Assembly: GCF_006345805.1 (NCBI RefSeq)
Contig: NC_043006.1
Coordinates: 55,118,001-55,182,000, forward strand
DNA length: 64,000 nt
From: Octopus sinensis
Lineage: Eukaryota
Reading direction: 5' to 3'
Positions within the stretch are counted from its first letter, which is position 1. Every line of letters starts with the position of its first letter. The position numbers were made by a program, and so were the translations under genes. The notes below the pieces were generated by a model. That model saw only the letters and a list, made by a program, of their open reading frames with translations, searched no databases and had not been told where the DNA came from. Positions 49,736 through 62,044 of the stretch are shown in pieces.

Positions 49736-50100
49736 ATAATATATGCATATATATATACATGCATATATGGGTACAGGACATAAAAAATCGTTGAACACAA
49801 TGAGAAACGAAAACATAAAAACAAAAACATAGGAACGAAATGTTTTTTCTCTGTTTTTTTTCGTTGTTTGAAAAAAGTTCGTTTCCATGTTTTTGTTTTT
49901 ATGTTTTCGTTTCTCATTGTGTTCAACGTTTTTTCTATGTCCTGTACCCATATATGCATGTATATATACATATATATGTAGGTATGTACATATATGTATG
50001 TATATATGCATATATTTATATATTATTTATATTATTTATATTATCATATGATCGAACGTCATGCATCCTTTCCCAAGTAAGTTTTATCTTATATATATAT
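49196..50100. repeat. Tandem duplication (period ~544 bp) of a unit containing a ~85-bp-arm hairpin, in (TA)n
   Basis: Identical-start ORFs at 49296 and 49840. Each unit reads GGGTACAGGACATA..GAACACAATGAGAAACGAAAAC / GTTTTCGTTTCTCATTGTGTTC..TATGTCCTGTACCC. Confidence 0.9.
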
Positions 50101-50703
50101 TATATATATATATATATATATTATATGTATATGTATATTATATGTATATATATTATATGTATATATATATTATATGTATATATATATTATTATATGCATA
50201 TATATTATATATATATTATATATCTTATATATATATGTATATTATATATATATATGTATATATATATGTATATATATTATATAATTAGTAAACAGGACAT
50301 GAAATATTAGGGCAAAGCAAACATCTCAAGTCATATATAATATTATTACAGGAAGAAATTCAAAATCTTACAGCTATTTCTGGGATATCCTCGAATATGG
50401 GATATTCTTTACTTTTGCCAATTAACAGCCACCTCTGCTACCATTCTCTTACTGTACGTTTATATGTTCTCATTATGATAATGCTAACGTCTGTAAAGTT
50501 TGGGTTTATTAATATTACATACATTGAGATATAGATACCCATCTCTTGGCGTTGGCCTATACCGTGACGACGGTTTGGTTATTTGATATGGATGTGATGG
50601 TAACACCCTTGATAGATTTAGAAAGCAACTTATTTCTACCTTTAACCAATTAGGACTTAAAATTACAGTAGCTACTAATCTCTCTATAGTTGATAGTTTA
50701 GAT

Positions 50704-52646
50704 CAGAAGTCAGCAACTTCTTTGCCTCCACGGGCCAGATCGAGTACTAATGATGGATAGTGGGCCGGACAAAAACCATAAAAGAATAATTATGCAAAAT
50801 TGCAGTAGCTAAAATTTAATCACGAGTGTTGACTATACTTAAGAATAATTTGTATTAGCCACAGATGAATTTAGTAATGGAAAAACATCATTTATTCAAT
50901 TTAAGACATCGTTAGAATCATTTGTTTAAAAATCCTAAAAGTACACAGCAGCCAAATAAGTTAATGAGAAACTTGATGTTTTTTGTTCCTTGAAGGATTC
51001 TCAATATTAGGCTTCTAACGTGTTGATGCCAAGAGCAAGATATTATCAAGATGGTTATCAATTAATCTTGTTCTCAAATTGTTCTTTGTTTGCTTCCATT
51101 TGGAAAATAATTGCTCACACTGATAAGTGCTTCCAAACAAAGATGCCATCTTTTTTGCATGATTCACTAAGTTGGTATACTTCCCACTTGGAAAAATATA
51201 TTTTGCACAGAAGTCAATCAATGAAACATCTTTAGAATGAAATTTAGATCTCAATAAGTCACATTGCATATCAGTCAATTCTATTTGAAAACATTCTGAT
51301 ACTGTCTTCATTTCCACACCAAATGGTGTAACAAACAACTTAAACTGATTAGTATGCAAACGAAAATCAGCAAAACGTGACGCAAATTCATTACTCAATT
51401 CCTGGATTATATTCACAAATACCTCTGAATTCTGTGGTTTCCTTCCTTGAAATAATGGAAAATGCGCATAACTTTTATTTTGAAGTTGATGTTCTCACAG
51501 CTGTAGCTTTTTTTCAGAGGCAACAATATGGTTATACATTTCATTTACGACCTGAGTTTTACCTTGAAGTTGTAACTTCATAATATCCACAATAAATGCC
51601 AGGATCTCGAAAATGTGAACTATCCACACGTTTGCTTTCTAGAAATATCACCACCTCTTTGCGTAAGGCAAGTACTCTTTAAAAAATCACCATCTGTAAA
51701 AGATTTAATCTTTTCAGCGATGCGCTTTGAGACTTTATAGCTAGCAATTGTATTTGCCACATTTTCGCCTTTTCTGTTTTTAAAAAATGACATTTGCTTT
51801 CCAAAACTAGACTTCCACCGCTCAACTTCATCTTCCCTTGCTTGTCCAGTAAATATCCTAAAATTTTCACAATGGTGCGTCTCGTAATGTCGCCTAATAT
51901 TTGCTACCTTATTCGCAGCAATGCTTTTTAGACATAAGTGCTCAATGAAGAAGTAATCTAATGTCCAAGTTTCTTGGAAAATTCGGCATTCAGCATCTTC
52001 CTTTCTTCGTTTTGCATTCATGGTCATCAAATTTTTTTCCTACAAATAAAAGTAAAATTTAAATTAAAAATTTTACATCTGAATAATTCTAATCTTTTAG
52101 TGGCAGACCTTTTATTATAATCGAGAGCCTCGTCTCTCATATTACAATTATAATAATATTAGTTGGTTATGGCGAATAACTTGTATAATGTGGGTGTTAA
52201 TGGTGATGATAAAGGTGGAAGTAGGTAAAGCGTAAGGTGGCAAGGACAAGAAGAAGAAACAAATGAGATTTTAAGCGATCATAATAAATGTATTATTTGA
52301 AAAATACAATAATGAAATATATCAGTAAAAGCCTCTTGTTGGAGAAGAGATGTGTTATAATATAACAGAACCCAATGAAGAATTCGGGCGCGAGAAAAGT
52401 GTGAGCGGAAATGATGTGCGGAGCCCTGCGTACACGACGAAATTTTAATTTTGTTTTTGCTGTCAAAGCATCCACATCCGGTTGGTGGTGGACATTAGGA
52501 AGTGTGAATCAGATTTGTGAAAGAATGTGACAGCAGACCTTTTACTGTATTCGAAAGTCTCGTCTCTCATATTACAATAAATTTAAATTTTAAATAAACA
52601 ACTCATTAGGCATCAGTTCTCGCGGGCCGCAGGTTGCCGACCCCTG
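50704..52646 (-). mobile_element. hAT (Charlie/SPIN/GTF2IRD2-like) transposon, internally deleted
   Basis: TIRs CAGAAGTCAGCAAC / GTTGCCGACCCCTG and 8-bp TSD GTTTAGAT/ATTTAGAT. ORFs 51620..52030 (KRRK..RIFQETWTLDYFF..NIRRHYETHH) and 51015..51416 (FGSTYQCEQLFS..RTRLIDNHL). Confidence 0.92.
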
Positions 52647-53856
52647 ATTTAGATGTTTCCCTAGTTCTAAACTCCTCCTCGTATAAACCTTTCCATAAGC
52701 CTGATGAGAAACTCGCATGTATACATAAATAGTCTTGTCACTCTCCTGTAATATTTGAAAACCTGAAAACTAATATTAGTAAGAGTGTCTAACCTCTTTT
52801 CTTGAAAAGAAATTTTTGAGAAAGCTATTATAACAAGGCCCAAGCCAATAGTGGCTTCAAAGATAAATTAATATTTAATCTCTCTAATAATAATCAAAAT
52901 ATTAATAATAGATCTAGTAGCATCAAAGACAAAGTAATACATAACCACTCTAGTATTAATCAGAATAATAAGAAACCTAAAAATAGGCCAGGAAAATTAT
53001 TTGGTTCGCCCCTCCTTTTTCCCTTAACATAAAAACTAACATTGGTAAAATATTCCTGTCTCTCCTAGACAAACACTTTCCACCAACTCACAGATGCAGG
53101 AAAACATTTAATAGGCGTTCTGTGAAATTATCATATAGCTACTGGCTATCATTACATGTGGTCATTACCAAGAGCCTGAGTCCAGTTACAACTGTCGCGA
53201 CCCAGGATCCTGTCCACTTGACCAACAATATATGAGGCAGAAGTTACTGCAACCCTAAATAAATAATACAATTGATAAGAAGACCTATAGTGGATTATGT
53301 TAAGGTGAATTTAAAAATCGCTATGCCAATCACATAGCCTCCTTCAGACATAGGGACAAAATTAAAACTATAAGTTGGCTAGCTACGTATGGACTTTGAA
53401 AGATAATGAAACAACCGCATGTGATTAAATGGAAAGTAATTGAGAAATCCATACCCTATGTGAATGGATCGAATAAATGTAGACTTTGTTTGGCTGAAAG
53501 AGTGCAGATCCTGTTCAGATTTAAGATCCCTAATTCTCTATTGAACTCCAGGTCAGAAATTTTCAGTGGTTGCATGCATATGTATAAATATATTTTGAAG
53601 AACTGGAAAATTCTACCTATTCCTGACTGACTTGATATCTTTCCAACATTACCATTTAAGGTTTAAGGAGGATAGATCTTTTACCTTTTTTGCTTTTTAT
53701 TTTTTACATTTTAGTTTTTGTGTTTTCGTTTTTCGTTTTCCGTTTTTCGTTTTCTGTTGTTTATTTTCTGTATTTTCTATATGCTGCCTTCTCATATTTT
53801 TTCGCGTTTCTTCTATTATTCAATTTCTTTTTTTAGTTCGTTATGATATGTGGTTT

Positions 53857-53907
53857 GCGCCTGAAGAATATATTTGAGTTCTCAACATATGAAACTATTA
53901 GTAGCGC
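53857..53907 (+). ncRNA. Type I hammerhead ribozyme motif in PLE 3' pLTR
   Basis: GCGC-CTGAAGA-ATAT.TTGAG/CTCAA.ATAT-GAAA-CTATTAG-TA-GCGC; all core nucleotides intact; GUA site. Confidence 0.8.
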
Positions 53908-53969
53908 TTTTATAATGTATTTTGACCTTTAAGTAAATAATACACACACACATCTATATATACATGCAT

Positions 53970-54052
53970 GTAAGTGTGTATGTATGTATGTATGTATGTA
54001 TGTATGTATGTATGTATGTATGTATGTATGTATGTATGTATGTATGTATGTG
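53970..54052. repeat. (GTAT)n microsatellite
   Basis: Directly visible. Confidence 0.95.
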
Positions 54053-54054
54053 TC

Positions 54055-54466
54055 AGGAGTGGCTGTGTGGTAAGTAGCTTGCTAACCAACCACATGGCTC
54101 CGGGTTCAGTCTCACTGCGTGGCATCTTGGGCAAGTGTCTTCTACTATAGCCTCGAGCCAACCAAAGCCTTGTGAGTGGATTTGGTAGACGGAAACTGAA
54201 AGAAGCCCGTCGTATATATGTATGTATATATATATGTATGTGTGTATGTTTGTGTGTCTGTGTTTGTCCCCCTAGCATTGCTTGACAACCGATGCTGGTG
54301 TGTTTACGTCCCCGTCACTTAGCGGTTCGGCAAAAGAGACCGATAGAATAAGTACTGGGCTTACAAAGAATAAGTCCTGGGGTCGATTTGCTCGACTAAA
54401 GGCGGTGCTCCAGCATGGCCGCAGTCAAATGACTGAAACAAGTAAAAGAGTAAAAGAGTAAAGAGT
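54055..54466 (+). mobile_element. Full-length tRNA-derived SINE (CpG-intact copy)
   Basis: Same family as 39385-39812, with a (AGTAAAAG)n tail. Confidence 0.9.
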
Positions 54467-54729
54467 AGCTGACGTATCCGGTAATTTCCGGGAAAGCGGG
54501 GTTTATCCCTTGGTTCCGTTCTCATAATTGTTTCGCTAATCCAGTAACAACAGTACAAAGTATGTAGCTCTTAAAACGGTTTTTGTGCATTTATGAGAAT
54601 ACGGAACTGTCTTACAAAGGATCTTGTTTTTAGGAATTCCCAATAAGTTAAGAATACCCAAATTGTGAAGTCAGTTATGTAATAACATGAAGTTATGAAA
54701 TCAGTTATGTAATAACATGAAATTACACA

Positions 54730-55075
54730 TGCTAAAGCTAGATATAAAGTCTTACTCTTAGCTAAGTATTTCTCCTGTAATTGTCTTATTAAGAAGATGG
54801 TATTAGTGATACCAATTCCAGGTCCAAAGCCAAACCGTATTTTATCTTGGTTAATAACTTCCATGACTCAATCCAACAATCTGGGGCATCTGTAGTTTCT
54901 CCTCTCCAATACATCCCTTTTGCCTTTGTAGCAGTTTTCAATAATACTGCTTCTTCAATCATTAGGTATGACTCTTTGTATTATCTGACTGATGATTTGA
55001 TTGATTGATGTCTATCCTGCTTTGTCAGATATTTTAAGCATCTCAACGATGGGTCAACTGCTTTCTCTACCTTGG
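54730..55075 (-). mobile_element. RTE RT fragment
   Basis: FGFGPGIGITNTIFLIRQLQEKYLAKSKTLYLA. Confidence 0.7.
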
Positions 55076-55564
55076 GCTTGAATCATAAAATCGAACACAA
55101 GAGGACCGAATGCGAGAAGGTTGAACGTCAAAATACCGAATTCAAATGATCTAAAAATTAGAATTCAGAAAGATTGAAAGACTGAATACTCAGAGTGCCG
55201 AATTCGGAAATAAATTAGGGGAAATATGAAAATCAGCTTTGAAAAATATTTATTTACAGTTGAAAAAAGGTTTGCGTGAAACATATTGCAACATATTTGC
55301 TTTTTATTATTATTAGGCTATGAAAGAATAACTATTTTAGAAGAAAAACGTTAGTTTTAAAATAAAGCATACTTGAAACATATAACATCATATTTACTCT
55401 TTCTATTATGGTATTTCTGTATGATTACTTTAAAGAAAAGCCAGAGAAAAAATGGTCTTAAAAACATTTATTTACAGATTTAAAACGAAAAAAAATCGAA
55501 CACTCGCAACAAAATGATGATGACGATGATGATGATGGCTTCTTTATTTGATCATATGGGCCCA

Positions 55565-55591
55565 ATAATAATAATAATAATAATAATAATG

Positions 55592-55654
<63 letters not shown>

Positions 55655-58600
55655 GATTTTCTTAGTGTACCCACGAAGGATTCACAAAAATATTGCGAAC
55701 AGTACAGACAATACAGTTTAGGATTACATGAAAGAACGTGCCAAAAGAAGAATAACAGTAAGAGAGAAACACTAAAATTTAAACAATGAATAATTCTCCA
55801 AAAGAGGGTGACCTCCGAGGGATGCTCGTGAAAGCCCCACAAAACTACAGTCACTCTGAAAGTAAGTGCCTTCTCCCTGTTGTCCTCCTTCAATTAAAGG
55901 CCATGCCCCGAGCAAGTCTGTTCATTTGGATCATGCGTAGTTAGAATGTGTGCCCTTCTGTTTACTGCCCCCGGATCCTACAGAAACACATTGCCTACAG
56001 CAGACCCCAAAAGTGGTGCCCCTTTAAAAGTGCCGTTTGGGACGGACCGTTCCTACGCCCCACTCCCACTAGCTACGCTTGTGCTCACCACTCTCATTCA
56101 TCTTTCAACAAATTTGCTGGGTGGCAACACTTCCCTATCTACCCTCACTTTTCTTTTCAAGTAAAACTTGAAAAAGTCGATGAGAGCTGGGCCAATTAGA
56201 CTCAAAGTACGACTTCATGCATAAAAGTTTTCAGACAGATGAACACTGTTTGTCCTTCCTAGCCAAAGAGAGGCGACTGGACGATCTTGACAATAGGCTC
56301 AACTGATAGCCGGATCCATTTCACATCTGACAGCCGGTGTACGACATAATGCTTGTAAGTCAGTAATGCTTGGGCATTGGATGAATGCATGAAGAAAAGA
56401 TTCGTTGTTCTACGTGCATCTGAGGAAGACTCGGTTAATGACGTTTCTGTGCCAGTATAGTTTATCTCGAACAGGCAATGTCTCCCGATTGCACTGTCAG
56501 ACCAGAGATTTCTGGAAATTATCCTTGGTTTCGACCCGAAAGTCTTCTAGAAGAGACCAGGCAATTGATTTTCGTCGACGCCTCGGGTCATCTCGAGAAC
56601 GTCGTCGCTCTTGCCTGTCACTAACCCTCAAAAGAACATCAAAGTTGAACTTCCAGCAACCATACACCCTGACTGGGAGAGAGATGTGAGGGAAGTGGGA
56701 TTTTATTAGGCTATAAAAGAATAACTATTTCAGAAGAAAAACGGTAGTTTTAAAACAGAGCTTATTTGAAACATATAGCACCATATCTACTCTTTATGTT
56801 ACGGTATTTCTGCATGATTATTTTAAAGAAAAGTCAAAGAGAAAAATGGATGTGAGTGCTTGACGACATTCCAGATGTCAAGCGCCAAGACTGCAGCTCT
56901 GTGAAAGAGACGAGCTGTGGAAAAACCCGTCTGACAAACAGCAACCACACCTGTTCATCGTCAAGGAAATGTTGGCGACGTCATCACCTCAGTGTATGCC
57001 CAGACTGTGTTAACAACAAATGGTGCCTCAGCAGTGTAACGTGTCATTTTCATAGAAAGCAGAAAAATCAAGTGCTCCAGTCTGCTGAGAAGTGAACTGG
57101 AGTAGTGTACGGCGGTCAGGCAGTAATAAATGACGATGTCTGCTCATCATTAGTCACTGCAGGCTCACTCCTCCACGCAGCGGCTGTCTGGCAAGCGGAA
57201 CCCGTTTCTGCCACAGAAAGAAGACTAAGCGCACCAGCTTGGTCAGCAACGAGGTAGAGGAGAGGACGATCATCACTTCTACCCGACCTTTCAGAGATAA
57301 CTTTTTCTTGGACCATTTCTGAGATTGGCCACCCTGCTCATCACTATGCCCCGTTTCTTTCCACTTAGAGATCTGAAAACAGTCCGTCCGTCAAGCGCTC
57401 GACGGTGCTATTAGACGGCGTGGACCTGCTTCTCTAGGTGCCGAGCTGCAAGCCCCTGACTTTTCTTGGTTGACTTTTCTCTTCTGTCACAGGCTAGTAA
57501 TTATTTAGAGCAGTGTCAATCTTCTGAGTGTGTCCAGTGTCCGACACTATGACGGTGACGCTGTCAGCGTATACTCACACGAATCTTCCGCATCCTAGTT
57601 CGCGCTGAATGCAACTCAATGATTCTAGTTTCTGTAGTAGTGGCCCTGGAGTTAGTACATGCAGAAAAGGCGAAGGAGACAAACTAGGTGGACAGAAGGC
57701 ATGGTGCTGAATGGTTCCGGTATGTAGTCATTCGTCTTAACGGCCGAACATTGCATTGACCCAAACGCAGAAGATGAATTTGAAGCTATTTGCTGTGACA
57801 ATAGTTATCAAGTAATGGTGGTCGACTTTATCGAAATCTTTCAATTGATCTAAGTGATGTATTTTATGTGGTGAAGGTTGCTTTGGATTGGTCTGTTCAG
57901 GATGATGCTTCTTTGAGCATTACAAACCAGACTATCGATAAGTGCAAACCGCTTGGCTAACAACTTGGTCAAAATTTTGAACAAAAGTTATCAATATAAT
58001 TTTAGGCCAAAAGTTATTAAAATAATTCCCATTATTTGGGTCCTCTCTCGTCAACGCCGCCGCTCATCGATTTCTAGAACTAGGGAATTTTCACATTCTA
58101 CTGTCAGGTGCAATTGATATTTGTCCTCCGAACAAGTCTGGCATATAAAAGTAAAGCTCGTCGGCAGATCATTCAAACAAGTCCACTATTGCTTCCTGTA
58201 TTTCCGCAGCTGTTATCCCTGAGAGAGGAAAACTTGAGGTAGTTTTTGTTACCTCACAAATGATACCTTGGTTTTCTAACCTAAGTGGCTACGCACAGTT
58301 GTGAGCCAGCTGACAGAGTGATCAGATCCTGGATATATTCCATACTTTCATGATTCGTTTGAATTAATAGCTCCATCCCTTAGCCCGGCCAACTTTGTTT
58401 CTGCAACCTCTTGACCTGCAAAATATTGGTTTCGTCCTATATGTTGGAGAGAACAAACATCACCAACCAGTAGATGTTTGGTGACGGCCAAAGTAGATTG
58501 GTATGAGAACTAGTTCGTTACGTTTCAGATTATTGTTGAGTGTCTCATGGCCTCGTTTTCTGTTCAAAAACTCTCCTCTACGATGCTGAACTTTCCCCTC

Positions 58601-61600
58601 AAGTAATGTATGTTTCGGTGTCCCAGATTAATCAGAGGCACTTTTCTGTTTGCTGTTGTGTCGCTTGTCCTATGATCCGCTTTTTTTTTTATTCCTATGC
58701 ATTTATAGAAGATCATAATGACTTATAAGGACACTGTATTTCGTTATGAAACCATAATTTACTACGAAGTATATTGAATGCTTTATAAGTCAAAAGTGTG
58801 TCCTACTGTGTTAGCAGTGCTGTTAAATCACTTTGATCGCATTGTTATTTACATAAGATGTATTCGGATACGATACATCGTAGCAAATCAGTGCTGGCCA
58901 TAATTTCTGTAGAAAATATGTTGAGATAACCTTAACAAGTTAAAGAAAGATCGTTTTGTGGATGGTTTCTTGCCGGAAGGATTCTGGGATATTTAGTGAT
59001 AAATCTTTCTCTGATCTTGCGAGGAGGATTTTGCATTTTTTAAATCTCGAGTGCATGAAATTAGTTTTTCTTTCAGCGAACCCATTAACATTAGATTATT
59101 TGTCGCCGTGTTTTGATTTTTAATTGTGTTGATTTTAATGATGGTGGGATTTCGGATTTTGCAGGTGTACTGAAGCAATAATTTAATTTTTCTGCTTTTA
59201 TGTTTCCATTCTCAATACTATTGTTGTTGTTTTCATTTTGTTTGTTGTTATTGTTGTTTTGGTAGTGACTGTGGTGCTAGTTGTGGGTTTTTCGTTTAGC
59301 CTGAGAAAGACATCTCTTCCAATCTCTTATTTCACAATCCTAGCCTTCTGTCGAAAAATTCGACTCGATGCTTTCTTAAACTTTTTGTGTTAACTTCACA
59401 AGATTAATTACAAATACCAGTCAGAAGGGCAAGATACAACGCAGTTGAGGAGTTCCTCAGAAACTTTAGGAGTTTATGTAACACACAGACCAAAAATTTT
59501 AAACATATATTCTTATAATAAAATAAGATTTACGAGTGAATCGAAGCGAGGCGTTTCTGACATCACAACCACGGCCAGTAACAACAACAACAACAACACA
59601 ACAACAACAACAACAACGCCTGAAGAAATCTGGCCTTCCAGCCCCTGTTGGGGCATAACCCACTACCAGTCTAAAGGCGTCATCTTCGTTGCCGTTCACG
59701 TCTAGGACCACCACCCTACCACTCGGATCCAAGAAGATAGCCCGTTCATGGAGATCTAAAGATTTCCGGAGTAGCACTACTATACCGCCATCTGCTCCCA
59801 ATAAACCACAAGATGAGAATACCTCGTAGTCTTCGAAAATGGATGCTAGTGCGTTTTCCGGAGATCCTGTTTCACTAATGGCAGCCACATCCAAAAGTGA
59901 CCTGAGATCAAGTGACCTTGCTTCCAAGCTGATCCGAGGCCACTCACATTCACACACCCCATTCTCAGCACAGCCATCCTAGTGGGAGAAAGAAAATGAA
60001 GAGGTTTCTCACCTTGATTTTCTGGGCCTCTCTATTGGCCAAAATTTTTTTAAAGGCCTTTCCAACAGCCATTTATCAATAGATTTTTTTAAAATCCCCA
60101 CACTACCTGGGAATTTTTCTATTATAGTTTTATAAACGTCTGACGACGTTTTAATTAATAGTTTATCCTTGGGTAATGCGTATGGAAACTTTCCCTCTCT
60201 CTCTATTTTATCTTTGTTTTGATTTACAAATTCTATCAATTCACTGTTGCACTTGTTCACAGCAGCGAAATTGATGGATACATTTTGTCTACAGTCTGAT
60301 GAATATTTTTGAAGTTTTGTAATTGGTTGTTTCTGTGTTTCTGTGATTTCATGCTGTTGTGGATGATGTTGCTGTTTTTGAAGATGTTGATCTTGTTCTT
60401 GTTGTTTTTCGTTGGAATGATTGTGAATTGTGTTGCAGTCGTAGTTTCAGAATAAGTTTTTGCTGATTTCTTGGAGTAGGGCTATGTACTCTTCTCTTTC
60501 GCCTACCTCCTTTTGTCACTGTGATCCATTGATCGTTCAGCTCTTCCTTCTCCATGTCATTGCAGTTGATGTTGGTTTGGGAGGAAGAGAACTCAGGAGA
60601 AACTTGCTTTTCCGTGGCAACCGGGAGTAGACTCCTTCTTTGTCTTGGTTTGGGAGGGGGTGTGAACGTGGGTGTGGGAGTAGGTGTTGGAGTCTTGAGC
60701 ACTTGTTTATGATTTTTGCGCTTGTGGTGTTTGTAATGTTGGCAGCAGTGGGACTTTATTTTACAGATCCACAGATGTGATATCTTGGCTTTCTACTCTC
60801 CACGAAAACTGACAGGTGATTACCATCCGGGAGATCGATTAGATCGAGCAGCTAGTCGATATGGCCCTGCTTGCATTGCAAGGTCAGTTCTATACCTATA
60901 CCTAACCATTTTTGCTGAGGTAGTTTCTTGACCTCCAATATTGTGACTTCATCTTCTAAACCTGCAAAGACGGCCACCACTAACCAGGTAATGGATATTT
61001 CTGGCGGCACATTCAGTACCTTAATCTTGGCAAGGCGTTGGCCGCAATAGCTAGGAATTAAGAAAAAGTTGTCATTCCTCAAAGTGGTTTCGGAATTACA
61101 ACTAACTTCTTCCGCCCTAAATTTCACCCCAATAGTTCCAAACTTCTTTCCTCGGGTGATGTGGGTCTTTTGTTCCCACACGCACCCAAGGTATTTTTAT
61201 ACTTTGCTCTCAGGAGTATTTTCCATCCGCCAAGACTTGACTCCGATGCAACAGTATGTTATCGTGCATCTTGCAATATTTTCTATCATGTCGGATGTAA
61301 GGTTTAGAGTTACCCTTCTCCCATATCTTTTTACAATTTTTCTAGCAAATTTTAATTCTTCTTCATCTATATAGGAACTTCCCATATTCCCTGCCGCAGA
61401 TGCAAAGGACGCAGAGACGACATTTGCGTTTTTATGTTTCATTTCTTTCGTACTGCTGTTGTTGTTATTCTTGTTGTAGTCACTGCTGCTGCTGTTGCTG
61501 TCTTCTACTTCTTCCAATTAGGACTCATGCCATTACCCACAAAGAAAAATCTTTAATTCGAGCCTATTCTAAGCTACTAAGAATGCGTATGGAAACTTGA

Positions 61601-61625
61601 AGATCCACCACCACACGCGATAGAC
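55565..61625 (-). mobile_element. Degenerate near-full-length Tx1/L1-clade LINE with (TTA)n tail, interrupted by other insertions
   Basis: ORF1 remnants at 60009-61517 (FFLIPSYCGQRLAKIKVLNVPPEI). APE remnant at 59499-59957 (VAAISET, GGIVVLL, GRVVVLDV, FRLVVGYAP). RT remnants FDKVDHHYL and YADSVT. C-terminal ALPVRDKL..HAFIQCP. (AAT)n on + at 55565-55653. Confidence 0.8.
58740..59580 (-). mobile_element. Possible 5' fragment of a PLE inserted in the Tx1-like LINE
   Basis: AT-rich segment unrelated to the LINE, with a half-hammerhead GAAACGCCTC near 59550 and K/N-rich ORF remnants. Weak. Confidence 0.3.
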
Positions 61626-61774
61626 TGGCGGCTGCACGGGTGCGAAAGCTACGTTGTTATCCTCATTCCGTAAACGATGGCTTTTAACTGGTGGAGAGCT
61701 GAACTATCCTGGAGTACAGAGGATTCGCAATCTAGACTAGGGTTTGAAAGTTTACCACACCAGAGTGGGTTTCA

Positions 61775-61990
61775 CCATAGTTCCTCTGCTTTGTGGAAGA
61801 AGTAGGAAGAAAGAGTGAGAGAAAGTTATGGGGAAAGAGTACAGCGGGATTCACCCTCCCCCCGCCGGAACCTCGTGAAACTTAGGTGTTTTTGCTCAAT
61901 AAACACTCACAATGCCCGGTCTGGGAATCGAAATCGCGTTCTTACGACCGCGAGTCCGCTGCCCTAACCAGTGGGCCATTGTGCCTCCAC
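61775..61990 (-). mobile_element. tRNA-derived SINE
   Basis: Minus strand GGAGGCACAATGGCCCACTGGTTAGGGCAGCGGACTCGCGG..TTCGATTCCCAGACCGGG..TTGAGCAAAAACACCTAA. Confidence 0.75.
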
Positions 61991-62044
61991 TTGCTGTTGC
62001 TGTTGTTCTCGTTGTCGACACCGAAAGTTTGACGTTGCTTAGAG

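Larger units (their letters stand above)
50530..53910 (+). mobile_element. Degenerate Penelope-like element (YRDD-type RT, C-terminal GIY-YIG, 3' hammerhead), split by a hAT insertion
   Basis: GLYRDDGLVI..LGLKITVATNLSIVDSLD|hAT|LDVSLVLNSSSYKPFHKPDEKL, then WFAPPF and KWKVIEKSIPYVNGSNKCRLCLAERVQI..LLNSRSEIFSGCMH. Confidence 0.85.

Noticed and set aside
54513-54607. Short inverted repeat GTTCCGTTCTCATAA / TTATGAGAATACGGAAC
   Set aside because: Too short and without a clear TSD or family support to interpret.
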